Assembly: GCF_004010195.1 (NCBI RefSeq) | Contig: NC_057719.1 | Span: 80,969,212-81,033,211 of the forward strand | Reading direction: 5' to 3' | Source: Chiloscyllium plagiosum | Taxonomy: Eukaryota | Length of the DNA: 64,000 nt | Shown: in pieces, positions 13,190-26,391 of the stretch | Layout: each line of letters starts with the position of its first letter | Numbering within the stretch: the first letter of the stretch is position 1 | Position numbers and translations under genes: made by a program | The notes under the pieces: model-generated | Databases searched by the model: none | What the model saw: the letters and a program-made list of their open reading frames with translations, nothing else | Told to the model about the DNA's origin: nothing

Positions 13190-13395
13190 ATTAAAATTAG
13201 AATCCCTACAGTATAGAAACAGGCCCTTCAGCCCAACAAGTCCACACCGACCCTCCAAAGAGTAACCCACCCAGACCCATTCTCCTACCCTATATTTACC
13301 CCTGAGTAATGCACCTAATGTACATATCCCTGAACACTATGGGCAATTTAGCATGGCCAAATCACCTAACCCACACATCTTTGGATTGTGGGAGG
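13190..13395 (-). mobile_element. 5'-truncated HE1-type SINE
   Basis: aaacaggcccttcagcccaacaagtccacaccgacc...gggcaatttagcatggcc. Confidence 0.85.
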
Positions 13396-13396
13396 A

Positions 13397-16300
13397 CAGC
13401 ACAGAAATTGTGGTTGACATCAAGAAATCAAAATGGCGTGTTGCCTCCCTGATGCCAGGATCAATGACATCCCAGAGAAGGTGCAGAATATTCCCAAAAG
13501 CAAGCGGGACCAGCAGGAGGTTGTTGTACACATTGGAACTAACAACATAGGATGAGAAAAGGATGAGATTCTGAGGATTGAATTTAGGATGTTAGGCAGG
13601 AATTTATAAAGGAGGACCTTGAGGGTATTAATATCTGGATTATCCCTGGTGCTACAAACTATTGAAGGTAGAAGTAGGAGGATAGAGCAGATGAAAGTGT
13701 GGCTGAGGAGTTCGTGCAGGGGAGAAGGGTTCACATTTTTAGATCTTTAGAATCTCTTCTGGGGTAGAAGTGACCTGTATAAGAAGGATGGATTGCACCT
13801 GAATTGGAAGGGCACTATAATACTGGCAGGGTGATTTGCTAGAGCTGTTCGGGAAGATTTAAACGAGTAAAGTGGGGGTTGGTAGGACCCAGGGAAATAG
13901 TGAGGAAAGAGATCAATCTGAGACTGGTACAGTTGGGAAAAGGAGAAAGTCAAACAGTCAGGTCAGGCAGGGACAAAGCAGAGAACGAGGTAGGACTGAT
14001 AAATTAAACTACATTTACTACAATGCAAAAGGCCTAACAGGGAAGGCAGATGAACTCAGGGCATGGTTAGGAACATGGGACTGGGATATCATAGCAATTA
14101 CAGAAACATGGCTCAAGGATGGACAGGACTGGCTGCTCAAAGTTCCAGGGTATAGATGGCATTGGAGGATGGAAAGGGAGGCAAGAGAGGAGGGGGAGTG
14201 GCGTTTTTGATCAGGGATAACATTACAGCTGTGCTGAGGGAGGATATTCCTGGGAATACATCCAAGGAAGTTTTCTGGGTTGAACTGAGTAATAAGAATG
14301 GAGTGATCACCCTTATTGGGATTGTACTATATACACCTCAATAGTGAGCAGGTAATTGAGAAACAAATTTGTAAGGAGATCTCAGCTATCTGTAAGAATA
14401 ACAGGATGGTTATGGTAGAGGCCTTTAACCTTCCAAACATAGAGTGGGACTGCCATAGTGTTAAGCTCTTGGGTGGACAGCAATTTGCTAAGTGTGTACA
14501 AGAAAAATTTCAGATTCAGTATGTAGATGTAACAACTAGAAAAGGTGCAAAACTTGACCTACTCTTGGGAGATAAGGCAGGGCAGGTGACTGAGGTGTCA
14601 GTGGGGGAGCACTTACAATACTGATGGAAAAGAATAGACCAGATCTATAAGTTAAAGTTTGAAATTGGAGGAAGGCTAATTTTCACGGTATTAGGCAAGA
14701 ATTTGCAAAAGCTGATTTGGGGCAAATGTTCGCAGGTAAAGGGACAGCTGGAAAATGGGAAGCCTTCAGAAATGAGATAACGAGAATCCAGGGACAGTAT
14801 ATTCTTGCTTGGGTGAAAGGAAAGGCTGGTAGGTAGAGGGAATGCTGGATGACTAAAGAAATTGAGGGTTTGGTTAAGAAAAAGAAGGAAGCATATGTCA
14901 AGTATAGACAGGAGAGATTGAGTGAATCCTTAGAAGAGTATAAAGGCAGTAGGAGTATACCTAAGAGGGAAATCAGGAGGGTAAATAGAAGATATGAGAG
15001 TTAAGGAGAATCCCAAGGCTTTTTACAAATATATTAAGGACAAAAGGGTAACTAGGGAGAGAATAGGGCCCGCAAAGATCAGCAAGGCGGCCTTTGTGTG
15101 GAGCCACAGAAAATGGGGGATTTACTAAATGAATGTTTTGCATCAGTATTTACTGTGGAGAAGGAGGTCGAAGGTACAGAATGGAGGGAAATAGATGGTG
15201 ACATCTTGCAAAATGTCCATATTACAGAGGAAGAAGTGCTGGATGTCTTGAAATGTATAGAAGTGGATAATCCCCAGGACCTGATCGAGTGTACCCTCTA
15301 ACTCTGTGGGAAGCAAGAGAAGTGATTGCTGGGCCCCTTGCAGAAATATTTGTATCATCGATAGTCACAGGTGAGGTGTCGGAAAACTGGAGGTTAGTTA
15401 ACGTGGTGCCACTGCTTAAGAAAGGTGGTAGGACAAGCCAGGGAACTATAGACAAGTGAGCCTGACCTTGGTGGTGGGCACGTTGTTGGAGGGAATCCTG
15501 AGGGACAGGATGTACATGTATTTGGAAAGGCAAGAACTAATTAGGGATAGTCAACATGACTTTATGCGTGGGAAATCATGTCTCACAAACTTGATTGAGT
15601 TTTTTGAAGAAGTAACAAAGAGGATTGATAAGGGCAAAGTGGTAGATGTGATCTATATGGACTTCAGTAAGGTGTTCAACAAGGTTCCCCATGGGAGACT
15701 GGTTAGCAAGGTTAGATCCCACGGAATACAGGGAGAACTAGCTATTTGGATACAGAGCTGGCTCAGAGGTAANNNNNNNNNNNNNNNNNNNNNNNNNNNN
15801 NNNNNNNNNNNNNNNNNNNNNNNNNNNNNNNNNNNNNNNNNNNNNNNNNNNNNNNNNNNNNNNNNNNNNNNNNNNNNNNNNNNNNNNNNNNNNNNNNNNN
15901 NNNNNNNNNNNNNNNNNNNNNNNNNNNNNNNNNNNNNNNNNNNNNNNNNNNNNNNNNNNNNNNNNNNNNNNNNNNNNNNNNNNNNNNNNNNNNNNNNNNN
16001 NNNNNNNNNNNNNNNNNNNNNNNNNNNNNNNNNNNNNNNNNNNNNNNNNNNNNNNNNNNNNNTTTGGTATGCTTTCCTTTATTGGTCAGAGTACTGAGTA
16101 CAGGAGTTGGGAGGTCATGTCGCAGCTGTACAGGACATTGGTTATGCCACTGTTGGAATATTGCATGCAATTCTGGTCTCCTTCCTATCGGAAAGATGTT
16201 GTGAAACTTGAAAGGGTTCAGAAAAGATTTCCAAGGATGTTGCCAGGGTTGGAGGAATTGAGCTTTAGGGAGCGGCTGAACAGGCTGGGGCTGTTTTCCG

Positions 16301-16680
16301 TGGAGTATCGAAAACTGAGGGGTGACCTTATGAGAGGCTTACAAAATCATGAGGGGCATGGATAGTGTTTTCCCTGGGGTGGGGGAGGCCAGAACTAGAG
16401 GTCATAGGTTTAGTGTAAGAGGGGAAAGACATAAGAGAGATGTAAGGGGCAACGTTTTTCACACAGTGTTTGGTGTGTGTATGGAATGAGCTCCCAGAGG
16501 AAGTGGTGGAGACTAGTACAATTGCAACATTTAAAAGGCATCTGGATGGGGATATGAATGGGAAGTGTTTGGAGGGATATGGGCCAGGTGCTGGTATGAG
16601 GGATTAGATTGGGTTGGGATATCTGGTTGGCATGGATGGGTTGGACTGAAGGGTCTGTTTCCGTGCTGTACATCTCTGTG
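13397..16680 (+). mobile_element. CR1 LINE from ORF1 esterase to 3' end (contains an N gap)
   Basis: AITETWLKDG, GKSCLTNLIEFF and LLEYCMQFWSP motifs; CR1 3' UTR. Confidence 0.93.
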
Positions 16681-17094
16681 ATAAAGGAGAGATCCCTGCA
16701 CAAATACCTACAGTAAGACCTTCTACATCACATGATTTGATGTCACCTCTCATGAGGCCATCAGCTGACCTATTGACATCACTTTCCTTTGTACTGCAGA
16801 AAATCATTGACTTTATTTTGTTTGAAGAGGTTCAGTTGCTTTTACACATGGGATGCATTGTGTATTGATTATATTCCAGTACCAGAGATTCAGAGGATTA
16901 GATTTGTAATGCAACAGAACAAGCATTTGAATTGAACTACAGCAAGTTAGATTATCAACTCAGTCTAAACAAAAAGCTTGAACTGTAAAAGTACCAGTGC
17001 CTTTACTGAATTATCACTAAACTATGATTAGATCACAGAAGTCACAGAGTCATGGAGATGATTTGGAGATGACGGTGTTGGACTGTGGTGTACA

Positions 17095-18145
17095 AAGTCA
17101 TAGAGATGTACAGCATGGAAACAGACCCTTCGGTCCAACCCATCCATGCCGACCAGATATCCCAACCCAATCTAGTCCTATGTGCCAGCACCCAGCCCAT
17201 ATCCCTCTAAACCCTTCCTATTCATAAAACCATCTGGATGCCTTGAAATGTTGCAATTGTACTAGCTTCCACCACTTCCTCTGGGAGCTCATTCCATACA
17301 CGTACCATCCTCTGTGTGACAAAGTTGCCCCTTAGGTCTCTTTTATATCTTGCCCCTCTCACCCTAAACCTATGTCCTCTAGTTCTGGACGTCCCCCACC
17401 CCAGGGAAGAGACTTTGTCTATTTATCCTATCCATACCCCTCAAACAAAACATGCTTACACATTCTGGCTCATAGGTAACTCCAGGCCAATGGTTAATTC
17501 TTAACTGCCTACTGATGTCGCCAAGCCTTTGCATGCAGATCCAGCAGGCAATGAAGAGTGCAAATGGTATATTAGCCTTCATCTTGCGAGGAGTTCAGTA
17601 CAGGAGCAGGGACATCTTGCTGCAAATCTACAGAGCATTGGTACAACCGCACATGGCGTATTGTGTGTAGTTTTAGTCTCCTTATTTGCGGAAGGATATT
17701 CTAGCTACTGAGGCAGTGCAAAGAAGGCTTGCCAAATTGACTCATGGGTCGATATGGGGAGCTACTGGATCAGTACAGACTTTATTCACTGGAGTTTAGA
17801 AGAATGAGGGGGGGGAATCTCATAGAAACCTACAAACGCTTAACAAGACTAGACAGGATAAACAGGGGAAAGATATTCCCAACAACAAGTCCAGAACCAG
17901 GAGTCAAATTCCAGGGATACAGGATTGACCTTTTAGCACAGAGATGAAGAAATATCTCTTCACTTGGAGAGTGGTGAGCCTGTGGAATTTTCTGCCACAG
18001 GAAGTGGTTGATATCGAAGACCTTCGAGAAATGGGGTGAAAGCAGGAACATGTTACTAAGTTGGATGATCAGCTATGATCATATCGAATGGCGGAGTAGG
18101 CCTAAAAGGCTGAATGGCCTACTCTTGCTCCCATATTCTATGCTT
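17095..18145. mobile_element. Two CR1 3' fragments (minus ~17095-17445; plus ~17530-18145)
   Basis: CR1 3' UTR and ORF2 C-terminal similarity (YSLEFRRMRG). Confidence 0.8.
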
Positions 18146-18814
18146 TTATGCTTGAAGAAGGTGGTTCACTCCCACCTTGTCTGGTCTACTAGGAATGGGC
18201 AACAAACAAAATTTCGGTCAGTTTATCATCATAGTCACCAGCATTCTGTTAACCAGTCCCTGTGGTTCTACTCTGCAGCTCAGTGTCTTCAGGCACAAAC
18301 ATGTTCTGTAGACATTATCAAATTGGGCTCTGGGTTGTTGAAATGTCGCGCTGTCGCCAAATTCTCCTGTCAACTTTTATAAAACAAACTGTAATCAGGT
18401 TAGACAGGCCTTAACTTGGCACTGTAACAAAAAAAAAATCAAACAGTCAATGGAAACTCATAAAAAGCATCTGGATTGATGATGCATCCCAGGCCAATCC
18501 TACATTCTTGATAAACCTGGTCGGATGTGTTATTGCATATATCTGGAGCAGGTGAGGCTTAAACTCAGGCTTCTTGGTTCAAAGGTATGGACATTACCAC
18601 TGTGCCGCAACAAGCCCTCAGCTAATCAACCTTTGCATGTTGGGTCTAAGGGCCTGCCCAATTACAGGTGGTAGGAGGTAGATACATTCAAGAGAGCATT
18701 GGATGATGACTTAGTTAGAAACAGTGTGCAAGGGTGTGGGAACAAAGCAGGAGGTTTACACTAAGCAATGATACTCTGGCGCAGAAATGATGGGGCTGAA
18801 TGGTCCTGTTGTGA

Positions 18815-19140
18815 TTAGATTCCCTACAGTGTGGAAACAGGCTTTTCGGCCCAACAAGCCCACACCGACCCACTGAAGAGTAACCCACATAGACCCATTT
18901 CCCTCTGAATGATGCACCTAACAGTATGGGCAATTTAGTGAGGCCAGTTCACCTGACCTGCACATGTTTGGACTTTGGGAGAAAACCGGAGCACCTGGAG
19001 GAAACCTACACAGACACGGGGAGAACATGCAAACTCCACACAGACAGATGCCCAAGGCTGGAATCGAACTCAGATCCCTGGTGCCGTGAGGCAGCGGTGC
19101 TGTGAGGCAGCAGTGCTAACCACTGAGCCACCATGCTGCA
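18815..19140 (-). mobile_element. HE1-type SINE
   Basis: Matches the family; short duplication of gtgaggcagc in the head. Confidence 0.88.
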
Positions 19141-19449
19141 CCGTGCACTGTAATAGCTCGATGATTCTGTGATAGGCTACTGGTGAGTTGTAACAAGAAA
19201 AGGCACTTGTCCAACACACCAAGAGGAAGTTTATTGCACAAGAGCAAGAGGTGAAGTTACACTGACTGATTGGACATAATTACGCAAGAATAGCATGAGG
19301 CAAGTGTATAACTTCTGACTCCCTCTGGACTCTGTACAAGACCATCTGATTCTCCACTCAGAGAGGGTGTGACATTATCAGATTGGGTGGAGCCCAATGC
19401 AGTTTCAACATTAACCGTTTCAGTGCCATTGCCTTGTACAACAAGAGTA

Positions 19450-19860
19450 ACTGGCTTGACATTAAGACAGCACTTCACTCAGTGTGGCATCAAGTAGCTT
19501 TGAAGTCAACCGAAATCAGTGGAAACGTTATCTACAGCTCCAACAACATTTAAAAAGCTCATCACCCAGCACAAAGCAGCCATTTTGTTTGGCACCCTAT
19601 CCACCATCTTAAACGTTCATTCCTTCCACCAATGACACACAGTGGCATGAGGATGTACTAATAACAAGATAAACTGCAACATCTCACTGAGGCTCCTTCC
19701 TGTGACATCTATGACCTTGGACTTATATCACCACTCCTTCACCATTATTAGGTCAAAATGCTGGTTCTCCCTCACTAAGTGCACTGGAGGGTTGGGAGGG
19801 TGACTGCGCCATCTGGACTGCATCAGATCAAGATGGCAGCTCACCACCACCACCTTCTCA
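19450..19860 (+). mobile_element. Old non-LTR (L2/CR1-group) 3' fragment
   Basis: caaagcagcc...ggcacc and ggcagctcaccaccaccaccttctc tail; family assignment is from recall only. Confidence 0.5.
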
Positions 19861-19904
19861 ATGAATCAGCTGCCAGTGGTTGGCTGAAGGGAATCGAAGA
19901 TGCT

Positions 19905-20010
19905 CACACAAACCCGGAGAATGCTGGAGAAACTCAGCAGGTCTGGAAGCACCTGTGGAGATAGAAACAGACTTGACGTTTCAAGTCTGGGAAGATTCTC
20001 TTTCAGAAGA
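19905..20010 (-). mobile_element. PLE terminal-repeat fragment with degraded HHR
   Basis: tgctggagaaactcagcaggtctgg...gacgtttcaag...ttcag; same family as 22636 and 38450. Confidence 0.6.
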
Positions 20011-20407
20011 CTCTCAAGGGGCCTGATTTGAAGGTGTGCGGGAATTTGTGAAACAAATAATTTTAAAATGCAGAGGCAAAAGTTCCTTGTGAGCCTCCCC
20101 TTTGAAGGCAGGGAGGCTTGGAATGTTCTTCAGGTGATTTTTCCACTGCCTACAAGCAGGAGGCACAGGGGGTTAGAAAACGTGAGCATTTGGTGATAAA
20201 GATTGGGGGGGTGGTGGGGTGCACCTTGTTCACAGGCTCTATTTTCTCATCAAGGCTCCCTCTCAAACAGCATCATCTCTCCTCCCCACAAGTGTCTCCT
20301 CTGAGCCGACCATTGTTCCCTGACTAATAGCCAGTTCAATTCCACCCCCTCCCCGACCCCAACAATCCCTGGGCCACCTATCTTGATCCCACTGAGAGAC
20401 TCCCCCC

Positions 20408-20620
20408 TCATTCTCCCCGTGCCTGCGTGGGTTTCCTCCGGGTGCTCCGGTTTCCTCCCACGGTCCAAACGATGTGCAGGTCAGGTGAATTGGCCATGCT
20501 AAATTGCCCAATGAGTTAGGCGCATTAGTCAAGAGGGAAATGGGCCTGGGTGGGTTATTCTTCGGAGGGTCGGTGTGGACTTGTTGGGCCGAAGGGCCTG
20601 TTTCCACACTGTAGGGAATC
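20408..20620 (+). mobile_element. 5'-truncated HE1-type SINE
   Basis: tctccccgtgcctgcgtgggtttcctccgggtgctccggtttcctccca (V-domain) through to the tail. Confidence 0.88.
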
Positions 20621-20864
20621 TGATCTCTGCCGTCCCACTTTTCATCTGGCTCCTGGCTTCTCATGTCCAGGGCTAATGCAGTCCCAACAGTGGCCACTAC
20701 TATGAGTCTGCACTGTAGGACCAGAGAGGAGCCAGCCAACTGAATGATCTGAGGCAGACCTCCCTCTTCAATCGGACACAGAAGGTCTATCTTTAGTCAA
20801 CTGACAGCAGACTGCATTCACCCACCACTCATGCAGATGCTGACATGCATTCGCTCTCAGACAA

Positions 20865-21185
20865 GTCATAGGGTCATAGAGATGTACAGCACGGAAACAG
20901 ACCCTTTGGTCTACCTCGTCCATGCTGACCAGATATCCCAACTCAATCTAGTTCCAACCTGCCAGCACCCGGCCCATATCTCTCCAAACCCTTCCTATTC
21001 ATATACCCATCCAAATGCCTTTTAGATATTGCAATTGTACCAGTCTCCACCACTTCCTCTGGCAGCTCATTCCATACACGTATCACCCTCTGCGTGAAAA
21101 AGTTGACCCTTTAGGTCTCTTTTATGTCTTTCCCCTCTCACACTAAACCTATGTCCTCTAGTTCTGGACTCCCCCAACCCAGGTC
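20865..21185 (-). mobile_element. CR1 3' end
   Basis: Same 3' UTR as 11300-11600. Confidence 0.85.
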
Positions 21186-22635
21186 CTCAATTTTAAAATT
21201 CTACCTCCTCTGTGGCCTTGCCCTTCCCAATGTTGCAATTCTCCTTCTTCCCACCACCTTCCAAGATCTCGTTCTCACCTAATTTTAATTTTGATGGCTG
21301 AGACTTCAGCTGACCAGGCCCTCAGCTCTGGCATTCCCTTCTTCAGTCGCTCTTTCCTCTTTTGCAAATCTCCTTTACCTAACCACTTTTTAACCAATCT
21401 ATTAGCCAGCCTTCCCTAGTGTGTCCTTAAGTGGTTAGGCTTGGTTAACAGATAAGTATGAGGGAGCATATGCCAAATTTTCGATATGTCAACTGTTGTC
21501 ATATGACATTCCTACGAAGTACCTTGGAATGTTCACATGAAAGGCACTACATAATTGCAAGTTGTTGTTGTTGAGAAAATTACTGATCAGTCCAGTTAGA
21601 CAACAAAGCTTCCTCTCCAACAACCCCGTGAGAGTGTGGCTGTCTGGAGGATGCACCAATCACGAAAAGTGTTGGGACAGTGTAATATGATGCAGAGGGT
21701 CATGTGTTCAAAACTGCAGGAGTATGCCAACCAGAACTGACCACTCTCGCTACTCTGTAATTGTACATACTCAAGGACTTAACAGAACAATCTGGGATCT
21801 TTCTGGAAAAAAGGTCATTGGATGCATAATATTAACTCTGCTTTCTCTCTCGGTGGATGCTGCTGGACCTGCTGAGATTTCCCAGTAATTTCTGTTCTCT
21901 CTTCCGGAAATTTTGTCAGGATTGAGCCAACACTCGGATGTGGCAGAAGTTCGTGTTCCACAAGTCTGCAATTGCTTTAAATCAACATTTTAATTTGCCT
22001 CACAGCTGGTGATGCCAGATTGAGAGGAAATTAAAATGAAAACAGAACGTTTCCCCCGATGTAGGATATAAAACAGAAATGTTTTATTATTAAATCCCAA
22101 TTACAGTCCAAATGTCCCAGGCTGTTTTTCAGAAACTCTCTTTGTTGGTGACACTGGCATTTATTGCTCATTCCTTATTGCCTGGGAATCGAGAGGCTTG
22201 TTCACCCATTTCAGAGTGGAAGTTAAGGTCTGGAGTCATATGTGGGTCAGACCATGTATTGATGGTAGATTTCCTTCCCAACTTAAATTCCAAGGAAGTA
22301 ACGTGGTGGGATCTGAAGTCTTGCTGCATGACTACCTCAATTATATTACCATCACTGCCCATCTGACCGATTGAAAAAAATAAGTTGCAGCCCCCAAAAC
22401 TGACTGTCGGCCAAAATCACAGATAGACTGAGCGAAGAAACGTCTGCATTGATCTGTAATTCACATCTGCATTGATATAGCGCCTTTCATGGCTTTGGAA
22501 AATTTCAGAGTACTATTTATTATTGGTCCTAGGATATAGGCATTACTGGCTGGACCCGCACTAATTACTGTCCCTAACGGATCATTGAGAAGGTGCTGAT
22601 GAAGCTGCACCACAGAACGAGAACTACATCCACAG

Positions 22636-22735
22636 TTCTGATGAAGAGTCAACGGACTCAGAACATTGACTCTGCTTTATCTCCCCACAGATGCTGCCAG
22701 GCCTGCTGAGTTTCACCAGCAATTTCTGTTCTGGA
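22636..22735 (+). mobile_element. 100-bp PLE-derived insertion beginning at an HHR-like core
   Basis: 11-bp TSD TACATCCACAG (22625-22635 and 22736-22746); CTGATGA-A-GAGTC-AACG-GACTC followed by a degraded GAAAC. Confidence 0.75.
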
Positions 22736-23077
22736 TACATCCACAGAGTTGTGAGGAAAGGAGCCAATAAGGTTTCTTTTTAATAACTCCTCCTTTCATA
22801 AAAGTGGGTATATACCCGGACTGTACAATGTCACACAGAAAGCAGGGTCAGTTTCCCATGGTGGCGAGAATGAACTCAGGAAGCAGAAACCTTAAGGTTT
22901 TTCACTGTGACAGTGGATATCCCTCCCTTTCCCCGCCTGCACACTATTTTCATTGATCTTTGCACAGTTGGGAAAACAAAAGGTTGAAACCCTGCATGCA
23001 TCTCACCTGAGGTCAAGATCACTGTTGTCACCTCTGTAGCAAATATGACCTTACCATCACCTGCAACATTTCACAGA

Positions 23078-23380
23078 TCATAGAATCCCGACAGTGTGGA
23101 AACAGGCCCTTCGGCCCAACCAGTCCACACCGACCCGCCAAAGAGTAACCCACTCAGACCCATTCGCCTACATTAAACCCCTGACTAATGCACCCAACCT
23201 ACACATCCCTGAACAGTGTGGACAATTTAGCACGGTCAACTCACCTAAAATGCACATCTTTGGATTGTGCAAGGAAACTGGAGCACCCGGAGGAAACCCA
23301 CACAGACACAGGGAGAATGTGCAAACTCCACACAGACAGTCACCTGAGGCTGTGAGGCTGCAGTGCTAATTACTGAGCCT
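23078..23380 (-). mobile_element. HE1-type SINE
   Basis: Family match. Confidence 0.88.
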
Positions 23381-26239
23381 TGTGTATGGTGGGGCGGGTT
23401 TTGCAAGCCCTAAAAAATAAACCTTCCTGATTGGAGAGTTTGTGACCAATGAGAGTAATCCGCTGAGGAACAGGGAACATTCTGACGGACAGATGTAAAA
23501 TGTTTTGATACTTGATTCTGTATCACAATGTGACTGTATTTTAACTGTAGTGATTCATGATGGAGTATTGCCTTGAACAGATAAATCGCCATTACATTGG
23601 ACAGCATTCTCTAAATCATGAGATGCTTTAGAGTGCTTTACCCATTGGAGAAAATGCCAGAATGCATTCAAACCTGGAGCAAAATGTGCTGGGAAAAGTC
23701 CTGTCATAATTTATACTGTCAGTTAAATGTCGGGATAAACATACTTTGAAAAAAGCTGTCTGTTGTTGAAAGTATAACAACACTAAGTTCATGCTTCAAT
23801 CTGTTGATTGGTGGACCATCTTCATTAAAGGGTGATTGACTTGTAAGTGCCTCTGAAATAGCCTGGCAAGGCCATTTGATTCAAAGATAATTAAGAATAA
23901 GCCAAAAATGCTGTCTTTGCTACTGACATGCATTAAAAATAATGGAAATGAACCATCATCTGCAGCTAATAAAAATCTATTTGTTTCAGTTTGTATAGAC
24001 TCCATTGTTTACATTCCTATGGTTGAGTTTTTTTTTCAGTGGGGAGCTATATTAATATTGTTGATTGACAATTTTAAGAGGTTATTAAAGGATTTTTCAT
24101 CTTTGATGTGGTAAGTGGTTCAGTGCTTGTTTGCTTACATTGAGAACAGATTGACCACTTGAGGTGGTTCAGATTTTTAAAATAGCTTCTTATGATTTTT
24201 TTCCCACCCCAGAATGAGAAGTCTTTAAATAATGGCGGCATTAGATTGTTTGATTTTTCCAAAGGCGTTGTGTGGCCTGCCCGTTGTGGAAACCGGTGAG
24301 TGGCTATGGAAGTAAACTGGGGCACGAAGAGGGCATGGAACTATGAGAAGGCATGCAAGAGTATGGGATCCATGGAGGAGGCATGGGGGTAGCACAGTGG
24401 GTTATGGAGAGGGAATGAAGAGTATCAGGGGACATTGGGGACATGGGATATATGAAAGGGCATGAGGAGTGTAAGAGGGTAGAAGGCGTGTGAGGCATGC
24501 GGGATGAAGTTTTGAGGTTCATAAGATTGCTGTTGGGTGCTGGGCTGTTGTGCACAGAACCATGATAAGGATTCTAACCAGCTTGCCTCTGTACCCATAC
24601 CTGTCCTGCACAGTATCACTTGCAAAGCCTGATCCTGGCCCGTCCACATCTCTCACAGGCAGATGTGTGGAGGGAATGGGGCTCAGAGATGAGCTTGAAT
24701 TTCAGAGGACATGAAGAACGTCAGATCCTATTGAATGGCACAGTAGGCTCGAGGGGCTGAATGGCCTACTCCTGTTCCTATTTCTTGTGGTCTTATGGCA
24801 TACATTCCTGAAACTGACCAGTTAACAGACCCGAAATTAAGATAGTGTTGGGGCACTGATGGTAATGAGTGAAAGAGGTGCCTTTTCCCTTCTGTGGGAA
24901 TCTTGACTTACTTGAAGGTGGGGGAGTGAACGCAGATCATGGGTGATCTTGTGATGCTTGCTACCCTGCCAAAGTACCCACTCCCTGGGGCAAGGTGGCT
25001 AAAACCGAGGCCTCTGTTTCAGTTCATTACAGGCATCCAACAAGTCCCTGTCAGCATCATGCCCTTACCTTCTCACCACTTGAGAAATAACCAGACTCCC
25101 TGTCAGGCAGTCAATGATTCTCAACTTAGTCAAGCAGTTCCTTCTCTCAACTTCAATGAATACCTATGACTATTAAGAGAAAGTGATCAAAGATCTCTTA
25201 AAAGGCTATATGCCCCAATGATTTTTCCCCAGATTTGCTTGTGGCATTGCCCTGAGGGTTAATCTGAGAACTGTATATCAATCCTGGAGAGTTGTCAGCC
25301 CTATCTTCAATGCGCCCATGCTCAGCTGTGGTTCTGAAGATTTATTCCGGCAAGGTTCTGGGCACTGTACTGTGACCGCAGTTAGCTAGACTGGCCAGCC
25401 TATTCCTCAAAAGCAAAATCAATTCTCACCCAATTGCTACCGCAACTCTAAGCGGCAGTGTACATTCATCAGGATGTCCTTGGCATCATCAGTCTCTGTA
25501 ATGCAAGTGCAAAGCCATTCATGACCCTGCACCATAACTTTCAAACTGATCTGCTCTGCTGCCCACTGACATATATGCTACAATTTGCCAACACTCAGTT
25601 CTTGACTTGGAGGGAGGGAGCTAGCATGAAAGATTACTGCTGCTGGCTAATAATTATTGGCATTTTAAATAAGTTGAGGGAATGAGCTTTGCAGGTTGAT
25701 ATTCAGTAAGGTGTATGACAGCTCATTTTAAATGAATTCACCTTCCCCTTTCACTACCTAGTTCATCTTAATTCTGAAGGGTTTCCCCAAAGTGCTTTGC
25801 TTAATTGGTAGATCTGTCTTAGAAGCAGACAGTGTGAATGGTATGCTGTTACTCCCTTCCCTTCACCCTACCATCTGCCTGGTGCACACCCCGAACCCAG
25901 TCCCAGTTTGTCCTCTTTATTCTTAAAGACTGCAGCTCATTCCTGTTCGGAGCTATCACCGCATGTATCAACTCCTGCAAATGTCCAATGTTCAGGGAAA
26001 AGAAGCAGTTCTCTTTTCCCAGTTTCCAAAACTTTAAACTGTGGGGTAGGGACGGGTCTCACCAACAAAACAAAGGGATTATTTTTTAAAAGTCGGGTAA
26101 TGATGATCTGACTGTATGGGGAGTTATAATGGGCCTCATGATCTCAAAATATTACTAGGAGGGGAGGTAATCTATCCAGTGCTGCTGTGATCGATCACCA
26201 CTCACTGATACTACGAGGATAGGTAACCAGATCCCAGGT

Positions 26240-26391
26240 TATGATTTGGAGATGCTGGTGTTGGACTGGGGTGTATAAAGTTAAAAATCACACAACACAA
26301 CCACCTGATGAAGGAGCGCTGCTTCGAAAGCTAGTGTTTCCAATTAAACCTGTTGGACTGTAACCTGGTGTTGTGTGAGTTTTAACTTTGT
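26240..26391. mobile_element. Fold-back PLE-derived insertion (second family) containing an HHR
   Basis: 11-bp TSD AGATCCCAGGT (26229-26239 and 26392-26402); inverted aaagttaaaaatcacacaacac / gtgttgtgtgagttttaacttt. Confidence 0.8.
26302..26336 (+). ncRNA. Minimal hammerhead ribozyme
   Basis: CAC-CUGAUGA-A-GGAGC-GCU-GCUUC-GAAAG-CUA-GUG: stem I CAC/GUG, 5-bp stem II, CUA cleavage triplet. Confidence 0.75.

Noticed and set aside
24300..24500. G-rich GGCATG-type low-complexity tract with Pro/Ser/Met-rich ORFs (similar purine tract at ~27960-28140)
   Set aside because: Degenerate simple repeat; the ORFs are compositional artefacts.
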